This document shows positions 45,034-54,933 of a stretch of DNA of 64,000 nucleotides, piece by piece. Both the position numbers and the translations under genes were made by a program. The notes beneath the pieces are model-generated. The model was not told the DNA's origin and searched no databases. It saw nothing but the letters and a program-made list of their open reading frames with translations. Every line of letters begins with the position of its first letter. Position 1 is the stretch's first letter. This DNA comes from a virus (Duplodnaviria > Heunggongvirae > Uroviricota > Caudoviricetes). The stretch covers positions 90,145 through 154,144 of IMG/VR virus record IMGVR_UViG_3300010401_000032; one strand, 5' to 3'.

Positions 45034-48000
45034 TTATTTCGGCTGACTGAACGAGCTTAGTAAGCCACGCTCTCTAAGGGAAGTGAATATACTATCCAAT
45101 TGATCCAATTGAAGGGCAAGTTGCTTATCTACTTGATCGGATGTAACGTTCTTGACTGCCGCTTCTAATTGAGAACGTAGATTTTCTAGACCAGTTATTG
45201 TCACGGTATTATTCTGATTAGTTTGTAATACGATACGTACTTCATTACCAACGGCCGCTGCCTTAGCTTGAGGATTTTGATTATCGGTTGCAGTATTGCT
45301 TTGAATAAGAGAATTGCTTGCCTTCACCTCATCTAGCGTATTGTTCAATGACGATAGTTGATTTACTATCTCGGTGAAGGCTTCGGTATTATCCCCGCCA
45401 CCGCTATTGATAGTTGCCAAGGCAGAAGTAATGGACGCAGAAATAGCAGCTACTAATGCTGCCGGCACTTGATTGACGGCATTAATACTTGCAGCAATAG
45501 AACTGCCGAAATTACCTTGGTCGAAATTTGGCACGAATCCGCGATGACGCATAGGGATTACTGCCTCGGACGTATTCGCTACGGCGAGACCGGCACCTGT
45601 TGGCATGGCACGTTTTTCACGCATGCCTGCACGCAATAGGCCGGCCGCTTCTTTCGGCGTAAGATTACCACCAGCGAAGTTCGGAATATGACCATTTACA
45701 AGATTGTTAAGATTAGTTTGTGCCTCCATCATACTAAGCTTTGCACTAATGGCACTAGTAATGCCACGAATTATGTTTTCGCCAACGTCCCTAAAGGTCG
45801 AGTTTTGTTCGGCGAATAACTGAGCTTCCTTTTCAATTTGAAGTAATGTATTACGGTCCTGTGCGGCGACAACACCAGCGGCTAGTTCTCTACGCTCTTG
45901 GTTGGCCTGATCAAGTATTGAGCTTTCCACAAGAATAGAATCGTGTACCTTTTCAAGACCTTCTTGGGCACGTTCCTCAAGTAATTTAGAAGCTTGTAAT
46001 TGTTCTTCGGCCTTATCGACTGCCGCCTTAGCATTAACGACCTGAGCAAATTGCAACTTAGCGTCTTGTAACGAAAGATCTTGTAGCTTCTGTAGTTGCT
46101 CTACTTGTTGCTTATTGAGATCTTGAATGGCCGGCAAGCCTTCTTCTGGAGCAACGCCAGCACCGACTTGACCGATGGCCTGCTTTAATTGATCAGTAGT
46201 AAATCCGCCAATGTTTGCCGTAGACGGCAAGAAAGAGAGAGCGTCTAGAATTTGCTTTCTAAATTCAACTGGAAGACCTAATAGAGTTTTGCTTACATCA
46301 GAAAGTTCACCCTCCGTTAGGTGTAAGAAAGCCTGGAATGATCCACCTAACTTATCTGCCACGAGTTGAAGGCCGGCAATACCACGCCCTAGAGCTTGGT
46401 TCTCCTGTCCGGTTTGTCCAAAGATGCCGGTGCCGGCCTGTACTATAGAGTCGCGAGCCTGTTGCAAGAACGATAGAGTCTCTTCTCCTAATTGACGCTC
46501 AAGGTCTATTCTCTTTTGAAGCGTAATATTAGCATCATTCAATACGCTTGTAAAAGCGTTATTCAAAGAAGATAGTTGGCCGTCGAAGGTATATACGTCT
46601 CCAGTAAGGGCCGCAATGTCACGACCCAAAAGATTTGATTTTACTCTAGCTTCTGCTAAAGCATTACCAAATTCTAATTGAGCTTGGATAAGAGACTTAT
46701 ATGCATCGGCTACGCCTCTGGTAGACTCGATAACTTCTTTTTGCTTGTCTTGCAGTTCTCCGCGAGCATCAGCTTCTTGCTTGAAAAGGTCGGCTATCTT
46801 TTGATTTCTGAAATCATTAAAGCTACGCTCTGAGTCTCTTAACTCTTTGGCGAAGTTTCTAGAGGCGTCGGCAACTTTTTCTATTAGTTCTAATCGTCTC
46901 TTCTCTAGCTCTGCTGCCTTCTCGGCCGCTTCCTTTTCCGCTGCTAAAACCTTAATTTTTGCTTCTGTCGCATCAACGGTGGCTTGTTGCTTAGTCTTTT
47001 CTATTTCTAATTCAATACCATGTTTTTCAGCGGTTAGTGCAGCGGCACTATTAGAATTTGCTTGATCTGCTAGTCTACGATTAACGTCTTTAAGCTTAAG
47101 ATCTAATACTTCAAGCTTACCGGCAGATTCGTCCGCTATTGCATTTAATTCTGTTTGAGCTTTAACGATCTTTGTTTGTGGCTTATCTTCTGCGAAAGCT
47201 CCGGAAATAATTTGTTGGATGCCCTTACTTAATTGTGAGCCACCCTTTAATACGTCAGTAACATCGTTAAGAGATATATTTTGGAAGGCGGACAATACGT
47301 CCGTTGTAACTGCATCTCCGAATTTGCGTAATTCAGAACTGAACTTACGAGTAGACTCAAAAGCGTTAATGCTTGCGGCAGCTTCCTCATCGAACATATC
47401 TTTTGCACGCTTTTGTTGTTCGGCTATCAGATCGTTTTCTTTCTTCTGTAGCTCAAGCTTGTCCTTAGTTTGTTGCTCTACAATCTTTAGAATTTCATCG
47501 GCGGCATCACGCTCGGCCTTTGGTAACTCACGAATAACATGAGTGAACTGATCTATAGATTTTTGATCAAGCGACTGCGGAACTTCTAGAAGATTCTTTA
47601 ATAGTGTTTGGAAATCAACGCCCTTTGAGAAGTTGAAATTTCCAAGATTTTTAATAGCCGCATTCAATTGTTCGCGAAGAGACTTTTGAGTTTGTTGAGA
47701 TGAACGCTGAGTTAGCATAAACTCATTATCAAGACGCTTCAAGTCGTCTTTTAATGCCGCCGGTCCAGCCTTGGCCACTTCAAGTTCTTGACCAAGATTT
47801 CTAATTTCGTCGGCGAAGTCTATAATCTTTTGAGTATCGGTAAATTCTTTGAAGTCGAATGCTTGCTTGATACGACCGGTCACATCACTGATCTCAACTT
47901 CACCAGCACCTAGCGTGCGTGTTAGTAAGCTAAATGCTTGTCCAACATTTAAAGTGCCTTCTTGTAAGCCCGCCATTAAATCGTTGAATTGGGCCGTACG

Positions 48001-50250
48001 ACCGTTGGCTTCGGCAACCGCACCTATTTTTTCTTTTTCAAGATTAATGAAATTCTTTAATACGTCGATATCGCCCAATAGAGCATTACGTAAGTCTTCG
48101 GCATCAACATTAAGATCTTTAAATGGCAAAGAGGTTGCAACCTCGGCCAGTGTATCGTTTATACTCTTATTAAGTTCTTCACCTAATTTCTTGCCCTTTA
48201 GGCCAGAAGCAAGAGCGTCGAATAATTGACCGGCAGCCTCCGCACCTTTATTTCCACCGCCTTGAATGCGGAATTCTACACCGGCAGTATTTCCTTGTTT
48301 CGTAATACGTGCCGTTTCTTCGTCGCGTGCTTTATTATTGTCATCTATAGCGGCGGTAATAGTCTTGAAAGCTTCCGTAACTATTCCAATTGTCCCAGCA
48401 GTAATTGCAGCCTGCTTACCTAACGCGGCAAAGGTTGCAGCTAGTGACACGCCCTCGCTACTAACCTTAAGAATATCTGATCCACCTCTGCCGAAGGCGG
48501 TATTCGTCGCCTCTAGTTTTTGAGCTAGGGTATCAAATAATTTAGGTAAGAATGATCCAATAACAACCAAAGCCCCAAGGCCGGTAACGGTTTCTGTAAA
48601 TGTTTTCTTTAAAGAAGTGAGACTAAGAGTCGATCTAGCAAGTGCGACTGCATTTTCTTTAATAGCTACTGCATGTCCTTGCAATGATTGTGTATCTATA
48701 TTTAATCTTAATCCATGAGCCTGATCAAGGGTAGTATTAGTTGCGACTTGTGCAGAGAATTTACCAACTAGAGAAGCACTATTTGTAACAATAGAACCGA
48801 AACGAGTAAGATCAACTCCTACAGTTGCTATTGCGGCTTGCGTCTTGGTTAATGGCCCAATAAAATCTGCTTGACCAGGAGCAGGAGCATTAGATTTACC
48901 TCCGCCTCCTAGACCACCTCCAGCCAAACCGAAAATTGATTTACCAAGTTGTATACCACCTAAAGCTAGTAAAGGTGCTAAATTACCACCAAGTTCTCCT
49001 ATGACTTTAGTAATACTAGTAAATATGTCTAGTAATTTAGTTGCAATCTGTAGGGCACTCTTAAGAGCGTCTTGCACGCCAGCGTCGCCGAGTGATTTAG
49101 CAAGTTCTTGTCCTTGGGCAATTAATTTACCTAATTGACGATCAAGTTTTTGGTCAGTGATTGTTCGCTTTGAATCAACAGCACCGGCGGCTTGAGAAGC
49201 AGACGCAGCAAGTTCATTGGCACGCTCAACAGAATTTAATGTAGCAATTAACGATTCGAATTGACGAGTACCAGCAATGGCTTTAGCGGCAGAAGCGGCT
49301 TGAGATTCGGTTAAGCCACCGAAAGCTTTCTTAAGATCTGTAAGAACAGCTAGCGTCGGACGTAAAGAACCATCAAGGTTTTCAACAGATACTCCTAATG
49401 CCTCTACAGCACTTCTAGATTCACCGGCGGCGAATATACGGGTTTGTAAAGTCTTGAAGAACGTACCAATTTCAGAACCGGACTTACGGGTTTGTTCTCG
49501 TAATGCAGAAATCAAACCTATGCCCTGATTAATATCTTTGCCGAATTCAGCCAATGAGTTACCACCGGCTCTAAAGGCTTCGGCTACGTCTTGAGCTTCA
49601 ACGGCAGATAAGTCTTCTACCTTTACGAGAGCATCAAGCGATTGTGCTAGCTTATCTCCAGAAAGACCGAATTGCTTATTAACGGACAACAAGAATTCAA
49701 CAGCGTCAGCAGATTTCAAAGTAGAAACTTGCGTGGCGATAATTGCTAGTTGTGCTCTTTTTTGAGCGTCAGCAATTTCTAAACCGGCTTGAACGAAGGT
49801 CTTTGTAACTTCTAAAACTTCTTGGGTTGTAACACCAAGGTCAACGGCAGTTTTTAGTGCAGCCTCGCCGATAGCATCCATTTGACCGGCAAGTTCCTTG
49901 ACGTTGGTTTTAACAATGTCTCGCAAGGCATTATCAAATTCGAATAAGAATTTAACGCCGCCCTGAATGGTCTTATTAAGGGTAGAGAACGTCGGAAGTA
50001 AAATTGCAAACTGGGCCATTCTATTTAAGAATAATCTAGCGACCCGTTCGTTTTGACTAAGTGCGTTGGCCGTCTGATTTAGACGTTGATTAAGACCGGC
50101 GGCATTCGATCCCGCTTGTTTTATATTGACACTAACCTGTTGAAGTTGCTGCGGCATGTTCGCAACAGACTGACTAATCTTACGAAAGATCTGCGGGTTG
50201 ACTTGCACGTCAACCAGTTTCAAAATGCCTTCTAATTGAAACTTATTCAT
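45034..50250 (-). CDS. Tail tape measure protein
   Basis: 1738 aa, helical A/L/Q/E-rich, TP901-like core (FDNALRDI..., TT.EV......F.QAG, D.L..V.D.SA....D.AEA...GG.....G); follows tube and chaperones. Confidence 0.92.
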   Translation of the reverse strand: MNKFQLEGILKLVDVQVNPQIFRKISQSVANMPQQLQQVSVNIKQAGSNAAGLNQRLNQTANALSQNERVARLFLNRMAQFAILLPTFSTLNKTIQGGVKFLFEFDNALRDIVKTNVKELAGQMDAIGEAALKTAVDLGVTTQEVLEVTKTFVQAGLEIADAQKRAQLAIIATQVSTLKSADAVEFLLSVNKQFGLSGDKLAQSLDALVKVEDLSAVEAQDVAEAFRAGGNSLAEFGKDINQGIGLISALREQTRKSGSEIGTFFKTLQTRIFAAGESRSAVEALGVSVENLDGSLRPTLAVLTDLKKAFGGLTESQAASAAKAIAGTRQFESLIATLNSVERANELAASASQAAGAVDSKRTITDQKLDRQLGKLIAQGQELAKSLGDAGVQDALKSALQIATKLLDIFTSITKVIGELGGNLAPLLALGGIQLGKSIFGLAGGGLGGGGKSNAPAPGQADFIGPLTKTQAAIATVGVDLTRFGSIVTNSASLVGKFSAQVATNTTLDQAHGLRLNIDTQSLQGHAVAIKENAVALARSTLSLTSLKKTFTETVTGLGALVVIGSFLPKLFDTLAQKLEATNTAFGRGGSDILKVSSEGVSLAATFAALGKQAAITAGTIGIVTEAFKTITAAIDDNNKARDEETARITKQGNTAGVEFRIQGGGNKGAEAAGQLFDALASGLKGKKLGEELNKSINDTLAEVATSLPFKDLNVDAEDLRNALLGDIDVLKNFINLEKEKIGAVAEANGRTAQFNDLMAGLQEGTLNVGQAFSLLTRTLGAGEVEISDVTGRIKQAFDFKEFTDTQKIIDFADEIRNLGQELEVAKAGPAALKDDLKRLDNEFMLTQRSSQQTQKSLREQLNAAIKNLGNFNFSKGVDFQTLLKNLLEVPQSLDQKSIDQFTHVIRELPKAERDAADEILKIVEQQTKDKLELQKKENDLIAEQQKRAKDMFDEEAAASINAFESTRKFSSELRKFGDAVTTDVLSAFQNISLNDVTDVLKGGSQLSKGIQQIISGAFAEDKPQTKIVKAQTELNAIADESAGKLEVLDLKLKDVNRRLADQANSNSAAALTAEKHGIELEIEKTKQQATVDATEAKIKVLAAEKEAAEKAAELEKRRLELIEKVADASRNFAKELRDSERSFNDFRNQKIADLFKQEADARGELQDKQKEVIESTRGVADAYKSLIQAQLEFGNALAEARVKSNLLGRDIAALTGDVYTFDGQLSSLNNAFTSVLNDANITLQKRIDLERQLGEETLSFLQQARDSIVQAGTGIFGQTGQENQALGRGIAGLQLVADKLGGSFQAFLHLTEGELSDVSKTLLGLPVEFRKQILDALSFLPSTANIGGFTTDQLKQAIGQVGAGVAPEEGLPAIQDLNKQQVEQLQKLQDLSLQDAKLQFAQVVNAKAAVDKAEEQLQASKLLEERAQEGLEKVHDSILVESSILDQANQERRELAAGVVAAQDRNTLLQIEKEAQLFAEQNSTFRDVGENIIRGITSAISAKLSMMEAQTNLNNLVNGHIPNFAGGNLTPKEAAGLLRAGMREKRAMPTGAGLAVANTSEAVIPMRHRGFVPNFDQGNFGSSIAASINAVNQVPAALVAAISASITSALATINSGGGDNTEAFTEIVNQLSSLNNTLDEVKASNSLIQSNTATDNQNPQAKAAAVGNEVRIVLQTNQNNTVTITGLENLRSQLEAAVKNVTSDQVDKQLALQLDQLDSIFTSLRERGLLSSFSQPK

Positions 50251-50900
50251 GAGTTCAGATTCTTATTAAGACTTAAAATTAGTTGTTCTTGGATTGCAGA
50301 CTCTATGGCCTGTATATTCTGTTCTAACCATTGCACTTCATAGTTTTGAAATTCTACTGGAAATTCCCACTCGCCAGAACTGCCGAAAGAACCTTGCGGT
50401 AACATGAGACCACCGGGAGCACTTCTAATACGAATATTCTTTTTCATGCCACGACGTAGTTTTGACCTCGGTACGAAACCACGATCGGGAACCTTAAGAT
50501 CATCTACTATCCATTCTAGCCAAGATTGAATATGTAGATTGCCAGTCCCCGATGCCGGGTGAGGAGTTAACATTTTCAAAGTAGCTACGTCGCCGAATTG
50601 AAGCAATAAAGTATTATTATTAGTTGAGATTTTGAAAGCCTTCTCATAGGCGGCTAGCAGTCTTCTGGGCTGTGATTTCTCAATACCTAATTCGCTTAAT
50701 CCTTCTGGGCTTGAAATAAAATTAAAGAAAGGGGTGTCTGAGATGCCGCGAATCCCGAAGTCGCCGTATATCATGGCATGAATCAGGCTCTTACTCATCC
50801 AGACTTTTAGGTCCGCAAGAGTTTTAGCCCAGTTCGCCCGTAAGAACACGGAGACCGTATCAACTGGGTTGACTAATGTTAGTTCCCAACTTTTTGGCAC
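50247..50900 (-). CDS. Hypothetical protein (tail module)
   Basis: 217 aa, GTG start with AAGGT SD. Confidence 0.65.
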   Translation of the reverse strand: MPKSWELTLVNPVDTVSVFLRANWAKTLADLKVWMSKSLIHAMIYGDFGIRGISDTPFFNFISSPEGLSELGIEKSQPRRLLAAYEKAFKISTNNNTLLLQFGDVATLKMLTPHPASGTGNLHIQSWLEWIVDDLKVPDRGFVPRSKLRRGMKKNIRIRSAPGGLMLPQGSFGSSGEWEFPVEFQNYEVQWLEQNIQAIESAIQEQLILSLNKNLNS

Positions 50901-51624
50901 GCTTGACTACCTTTCGTTTCGTTTTCTCATTTTCCTTTTTAATAGCGGCTTCTGCCCTTGTCTTGACTTCAACTAAAACTTTTTCTTCAACCTCTCTATC
51001 GAGCATTCGATCTTCGAGTGTTTTTACATATTTATTTTCTGGGTACTCATTAATAAGACTTTGACGTGCTTCGTCCAAAATCTGAGATTGTAGAGTGATA
51101 ACCTTAGCATAAACCGTAGACTTTGAATTGAGGTCTCGTTCACGAACGTATTCAGAATAATTATCCCAGTAACGTTTGTTAATCGATTTGATTACAGTAC
51201 AGGCGGCCATGATTGATTCCGTCTTGACCATTTCGGCAACGCCTTCGGCAGAATTCATATAAACGGTTTGTTGAACTAGGAATAGTTCCCACATGCGTTT
51301 TCTACCCTCTGCAATATTGCGTGCAGCAGAAAGACACTTATCGTTATTGCCTTCAGCTTCAGCGGAACGAAGTTCAACTTGTGAAACCGCTATTTTGCCA
51401 ACAACCTTCTTGAATTCTTTGTCGTCGTTTTCAGTCCACATATTATGCTCTCTCATAATTTCGCGAAGTTTTTCTCTAGGGAAAACACCTTCGGCGAGAG
51501 CATGACTATAGGCGATACGATATTGACGCTCGCCTTCATTCTCTTCGGCAAGAGTTGGCGTTTTAAGCTCAAATTCACACTCTTGTCCATTGCGGTCTAC
51601 AGCCTTAAATACACGTTCGATCAT
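50860..51624 (-). CDS. Putative tail assembly chaperone-like protein
   Basis: Between tube and TMP; helical and charged; paralogous to 52163-53365. Confidence 0.55.
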   Translation of the reverse strand: MIERVFKAVDRNGQECEFELKTPTLAEENEGERQYRIAYSHALAEGVFPREKLREIMREHNMWTENDDKEFKKVVGKIAVSQVELRSAEAEGNNDKCLSAARNIAEGRKRMWELFLVQQTVYMNSAEGVAEMVKTESIMAACTVIKSINKRYWDNYSEYVRERDLNSKSTVYAKVITLQSQILDEARQSLINEYPENKYVKTLEDRMLDREVEEKVLVEVKTRAEAAIKKENEKTKRKVVKRAKKLGTNISQPS

Positions 51625-52166
51625 ACCTTGCTCCTATATAGTTTAACTACCTCACGCCTCCACTCTTGATACTTGGGCCGAACGCCCGTGTGTAAAGAGT
51701 AGCGATCCATAATTGGAAGTACACAATTTATACAAGATAATGTACCAACAATCTCTAGAATCATATAACCGGTTTCTTCATACAATACGCCAGTGCCAAA
51801 TTCCGTTCGAATAGCCTCTAACACTGATTTCTTGTCTGGACTAGCATAAATCATAATCGATGGCTCGCTATTGAGCGAGAACTCGATTTTCTGCACTGTG
51901 TCCATGAATGTTCTTGTAATAGAGAGAGTATTATCATCATTCATCCGCAACGGACGATATGTGATTTCATAGTCTCTTAATTCATCTCTCTGTGCTCTTA
52001 TAACGTCGTTAAAGGAGGTGCGAATGTCTCCTTTAAATATGTTAGTATCGCGTGAGTTATCCAATTGGGGAAACATCGTTTCAAATTTTTCTAATGTCTT
52101 AATCATTAGATGTTTGATCCGACGATCAAGACTATTGCTAAGTTGCTCTTGTGAGGGGTTTTTCAT
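51621..52166 (-). CDS. Hypothetical protein
   Basis: 181 aa, coupled overlaps on both sides. Confidence 0.7.
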   Translation of the reverse strand: MKNPSQEQLSNSLDRRIKHLMIKTLEKFETMFPQLDNSRDTNIFKGDIRTSFNDVIRAQRDELRDYEITYRPLRMNDDNTLSITRTFMDTVQKIEFSLNSEPSIMIYASPDKKSVLEAIRTEFGTGVLYEETGYMILEIVGTLSCINCVLPIMDRYSLHTGVRPKYQEWRREVVKLYRSKV

Positions 52167-53365
52167 CTGCGTCTAATTGGGATAACGTTGGTTTTCATGC
52201 CATAAAATTCACGAGTTTTTCTATTGCGTAGATGCTGTTCTTCTATAGCACCATTTTGCTCTATGATATCCTGCTCTTTATTAATGAGCTTTCTCATGCC
52301 TTGGTTGTTACGAGAGTATACGGCATTCGCCTTTTGTTCTTTTTCTTCACGAGAATACTTGTGCCACGTTCCATAGAGACAGCTATTATCATGCAATATA
52401 CGTTCGCCCAAGTATTTTCCTTTATTTTTCTCCTTGGCTCCGCACGTGCAATCGTTAATATATTCGCCGTCCAGTACGCGGCCCTGTTCTACGTGATCAT
52501 TCATAGTCTCGTCAGTAGTCTTCTTATTAAGATCTCTATTCGCAAGCCATTGATCAAACAAGTCGTCATCCTGAATAGTTTCAAATGACGGCGGTTCGTG
52601 TCCTTCAATAGCAGAGTCATAAACTCTACTCCAGTAAATCAAAAGCCTATGATTAACGGTAAGATCACCAATACTACGATTAAAAATTGAACTGAGATTC
52701 TCTCTACAAATCGTCCAGGTGATACGCCATTCTGGAGAACGAGCTATTTCGCGTATGTCCTTAATTTCCATCATGCCTTCGGACACCATTTCCTGTATGA
52801 GGAAATACAATAGGCTAAAATAATGTTCCTTAAAATAAATGATGGCAGAATCATCGGGTAGGATTTTTCTGCCGTCTGGATAGAATATAACTCTTTGTAA
52901 GAGACAAAGAGATGCAATTTCATGTGCTAGGTATTCTGCACTCGCTCCACGAAATTCAAAACGCTTATGTTGGACAGCAAGCTTTTGTTTCTGTGCTTCG
53001 GCAATTTGCGTCTGGATAATATTTTGACGCGACTTAAACTTCTTTTTTGCCGTGAATTCAGACTCTAAAAAAGCAATGTGATCGTCGATAGTTTTTTCGA
53101 CAAATTCATCCTTGTCTGTCCAATAGCCAGCTAACTTAGCATTAGCGGTAATTTCTTCTTCAGAAGGCACGCCCTGTTGTTTTGACTTATGTATTTCAAG
53201 CTCTCTTTGAATCATATAGTGATTACGATCTTCGAGAGTTAGATCTTTGATAACTACATACGCTAGATCTAATGGACGAGCTATATCATCTGGAATAAGA
53301 ATAATTCTCTTATCCCATAATAGCTTATAAATCCTATCCTGAACCGTCAAAACCATACCTTGCAC
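52163..53365 (-). CDS. Putative tail assembly chaperone-like protein
   Basis: First gene after the tube terminator; N-terminal half similar to 50860-51624. Start may be ATG 53356. Confidence 0.55.
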   Translation of the reverse strand: MQGMVLTVQDRIYKLLWDKRIILIPDDIARPLDLAYVVIKDLTLEDRNHYMIQRELEIHKSKQQGVPSEEEITANAKLAGYWTDKDEFVEKTIDDHIAFLESEFTAKKKFKSRQNIIQTQIAEAQKQKLAVQHKRFEFRGASAEYLAHEIASLCLLQRVIFYPDGRKILPDDSAIIYFKEHYFSLLYFLIQEMVSEGMMEIKDIREIARSPEWRITWTICRENLSSIFNRSIGDLTVNHRLLIYWSRVYDSAIEGHEPPSFETIQDDDLFDQWLANRDLNKKTTDETMNDHVEQGRVLDGEYINDCTCGAKEKNKGKYLGERILHDNSCLYGTWHKYSREEKEQKANAVYSRNNQGMRKLINKEQDIIEQNGAIEEQHLRNRKTREFYGMKTNVIPIRRR

Positions 53366-53371
53366 CTATTG

Positions 53372-53420
53372 AAAAAGAAAAAGGCGGCGGGGTTCACCCC
53401 CTCAGGAATCCCCCGCCGCC
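53372..53420 (-). terminator. Rho-independent terminator after the tail tube gene
   Basis: GGCGGCGGGG-18 nt-CCCCGCCGCC followed by TTTTTCTTTTT. Confidence 0.85.
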
Positions 53421-53431
53421 AGTTCGGTATC

Positions 53432-54850
53432 TTAGATACCTAGAGTAGAACGCTTAAATGGCGGGCATCCTACGTTGAAGCGACTGTTACCAGTTGCGAA
53501 CACAATAATTCTATGGTTCGGTTGGAAGAAGTCGTGTGAAACGTTGAATACGTTGAAGCTAGAGTAGTTGTAAGTAACAGTCATACTGTCACCGCCAGCT
53601 TCGCCACCACCTGTTTCTGTGCTGACTAGACGATTAGCATCGCCAAGGTCAACCTGCATACCATCGCAAGTACGAATGATAATCGTATTCGATGCTGTCG
53701 TATTGTCATGTCCTCTGCAACAGTCGATTGCAGATGTTGCATCAACCAAGTCACCCTGAGCGGTAACAACTTCAATTGATGTAGTTGCTTCTAGAGGGAA
53801 TGCAGGAGCTTTGAAGTATGGACGCTTAGATCCAAGTTCGAAGATGTCATTTCTAGAAATTGCGAACGATACTGTAATCGTCTGAATGTGTTCAGCGATG
53901 AAGTCAGTATTCGCATTAGCAATCAATTGTTGAGTACCGGCTAGAGTACCAGGGCCTTGAGCACCGAAGCCACCGTTAACGAACGCGGCGTCGATACCTG
54001 AGACTGATGGTGCAATAACGCCAGGGATGTCGTTAGGTAGAATCGAACGACTAATTTCAACTTCTTCACGACGTTGAATACCAGAGCCTACAACGATGAT
54101 ACCGAAACGATCTTCGCCACCGGCAGTTTCAGCGGCACCACCCTCAACTAGTGCTGAGGTATTGCCGTCGTGTCCGAACACGCCAGAAGGAGTTCCTTCG
54201 GGGGCTTCGGGGTTGTTGCCGTCTTGATCATCGGGCCAAACGACGATTGGGTCTGCGGGACTTCCGCCGTTATTACCGGCAGTAACACCAGACACCGCAA
54301 CCATAACGCCCCAGAGCTTGTCATTACCAACTAAAGTAATGTCTTCTGTTACGAAGCCGTCAATTGGGAACGTGTAAGAAACGTTTGATACATACATACC
54401 GGAAGCTGTACAAATAGATTGTGGCTTGCCGGTTGCACGGAATTTTGTATCCGGATAAATTTCTAAAGCAATATCAACACGGTATGCGGCAGTACGAGCA
54501 ACGATGTCGTTTGCACCCGCCGGATTTGTTACCATAAAGAAGAGTGGTTTACTACCGTCAATTGCCTTCGATAGAGATACTTCAATATCGGGCTGACGTT
54601 CTGAGTACTCGTAAAGCTCTACTTGACCAATTTGGAAAACTTGTTCCAAGTTGAAAGTCGTAGTCATACTCATGCTTTGAAGACCACGCGGCACTTCCCA
54701 TAGACCATTAACTTGATCAACACCTGAGGCGAGCGGACCCGTGCTAAACTCTCTCGAATTTGCGGGTGCTACAGCCCCAGTGGGCGGTGCAGCATTATCT
54801 TTAATGGCAATCTGTTCGATTGCCCAGAAGACGCGATTATTATTAGCCAT
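53432..54850 (-). CDS. Major tail (tube) protein
   Basis: Strong SD (GGAGG), own terminator; twin FNLEQVFQIGQ / ISRNDIFELGS motifs typical of tube folds; upstream of chaperones and TMP. Confidence 0.75.
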   Translation of the reverse strand: MANNNRVFWAIEQIAIKDNAAPPTGAVAPANSREFSTGPLASGVDQVNGLWEVPRGLQSMSMTTTFNLEQVFQIGQVELYEYSERQPDIEVSLSKAIDGSKPLFFMVTNPAGANDIVARTAAYRVDIALEIYPDTKFRATGKPQSICTASGMYVSNVSYTFPIDGFVTEDITLVGNDKLWGVMVAVSGVTAGNNGGSPADPIVVWPDDQDGNNPEAPEGTPSGVFGHDGNTSALVEGGAAETAGGEDRFGIIVVGSGIQRREEVEISRSILPNDIPGVIAPSVSGIDAAFVNGGFGAQGPGTLAGTQQLIANANTDFIAEHIQTITVSFAISRNDIFELGSKRPYFKAPAFPLEATTSIEVVTAQGDLVDATSAIDCCRGHDNTTASNTIIIRTCDGMQVDLGDANRLVSTETGGGEAGGDSMTVTYNYSSFNVFNVSHDFFQPNHRIIVFATGNSRFNVGCPPFKRSTLGI

Positions 54851-54921
54851 TATTTCCCTCCGTTACTGGGGCACTTTGCAAAGTTATACTAAAAAGACGG
54901 CTTGTACTTTGCCGCTTATAG

Positions 54922-54933
54922 ATAATACACTAA
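54922..54933 (-). promoter_or_regulatory. Candidate late-promoter motif TTAGTGTATTAT (exact)
   Basis: Exact 12-mer directly after the stop of 54934-55959, about 70 nt upstream of the tube gene. Confidence 0.55.

Noticed and set aside
50860-50900. Possible programmed frameshift at GCC AAA AAG in the 41-nt overlap before the TMP
   Set aside because: The downstream ORF is in the +1 frame, the heptamer is not XXXYYYZ, and the downstream ORF has its own GTG start with an SD.
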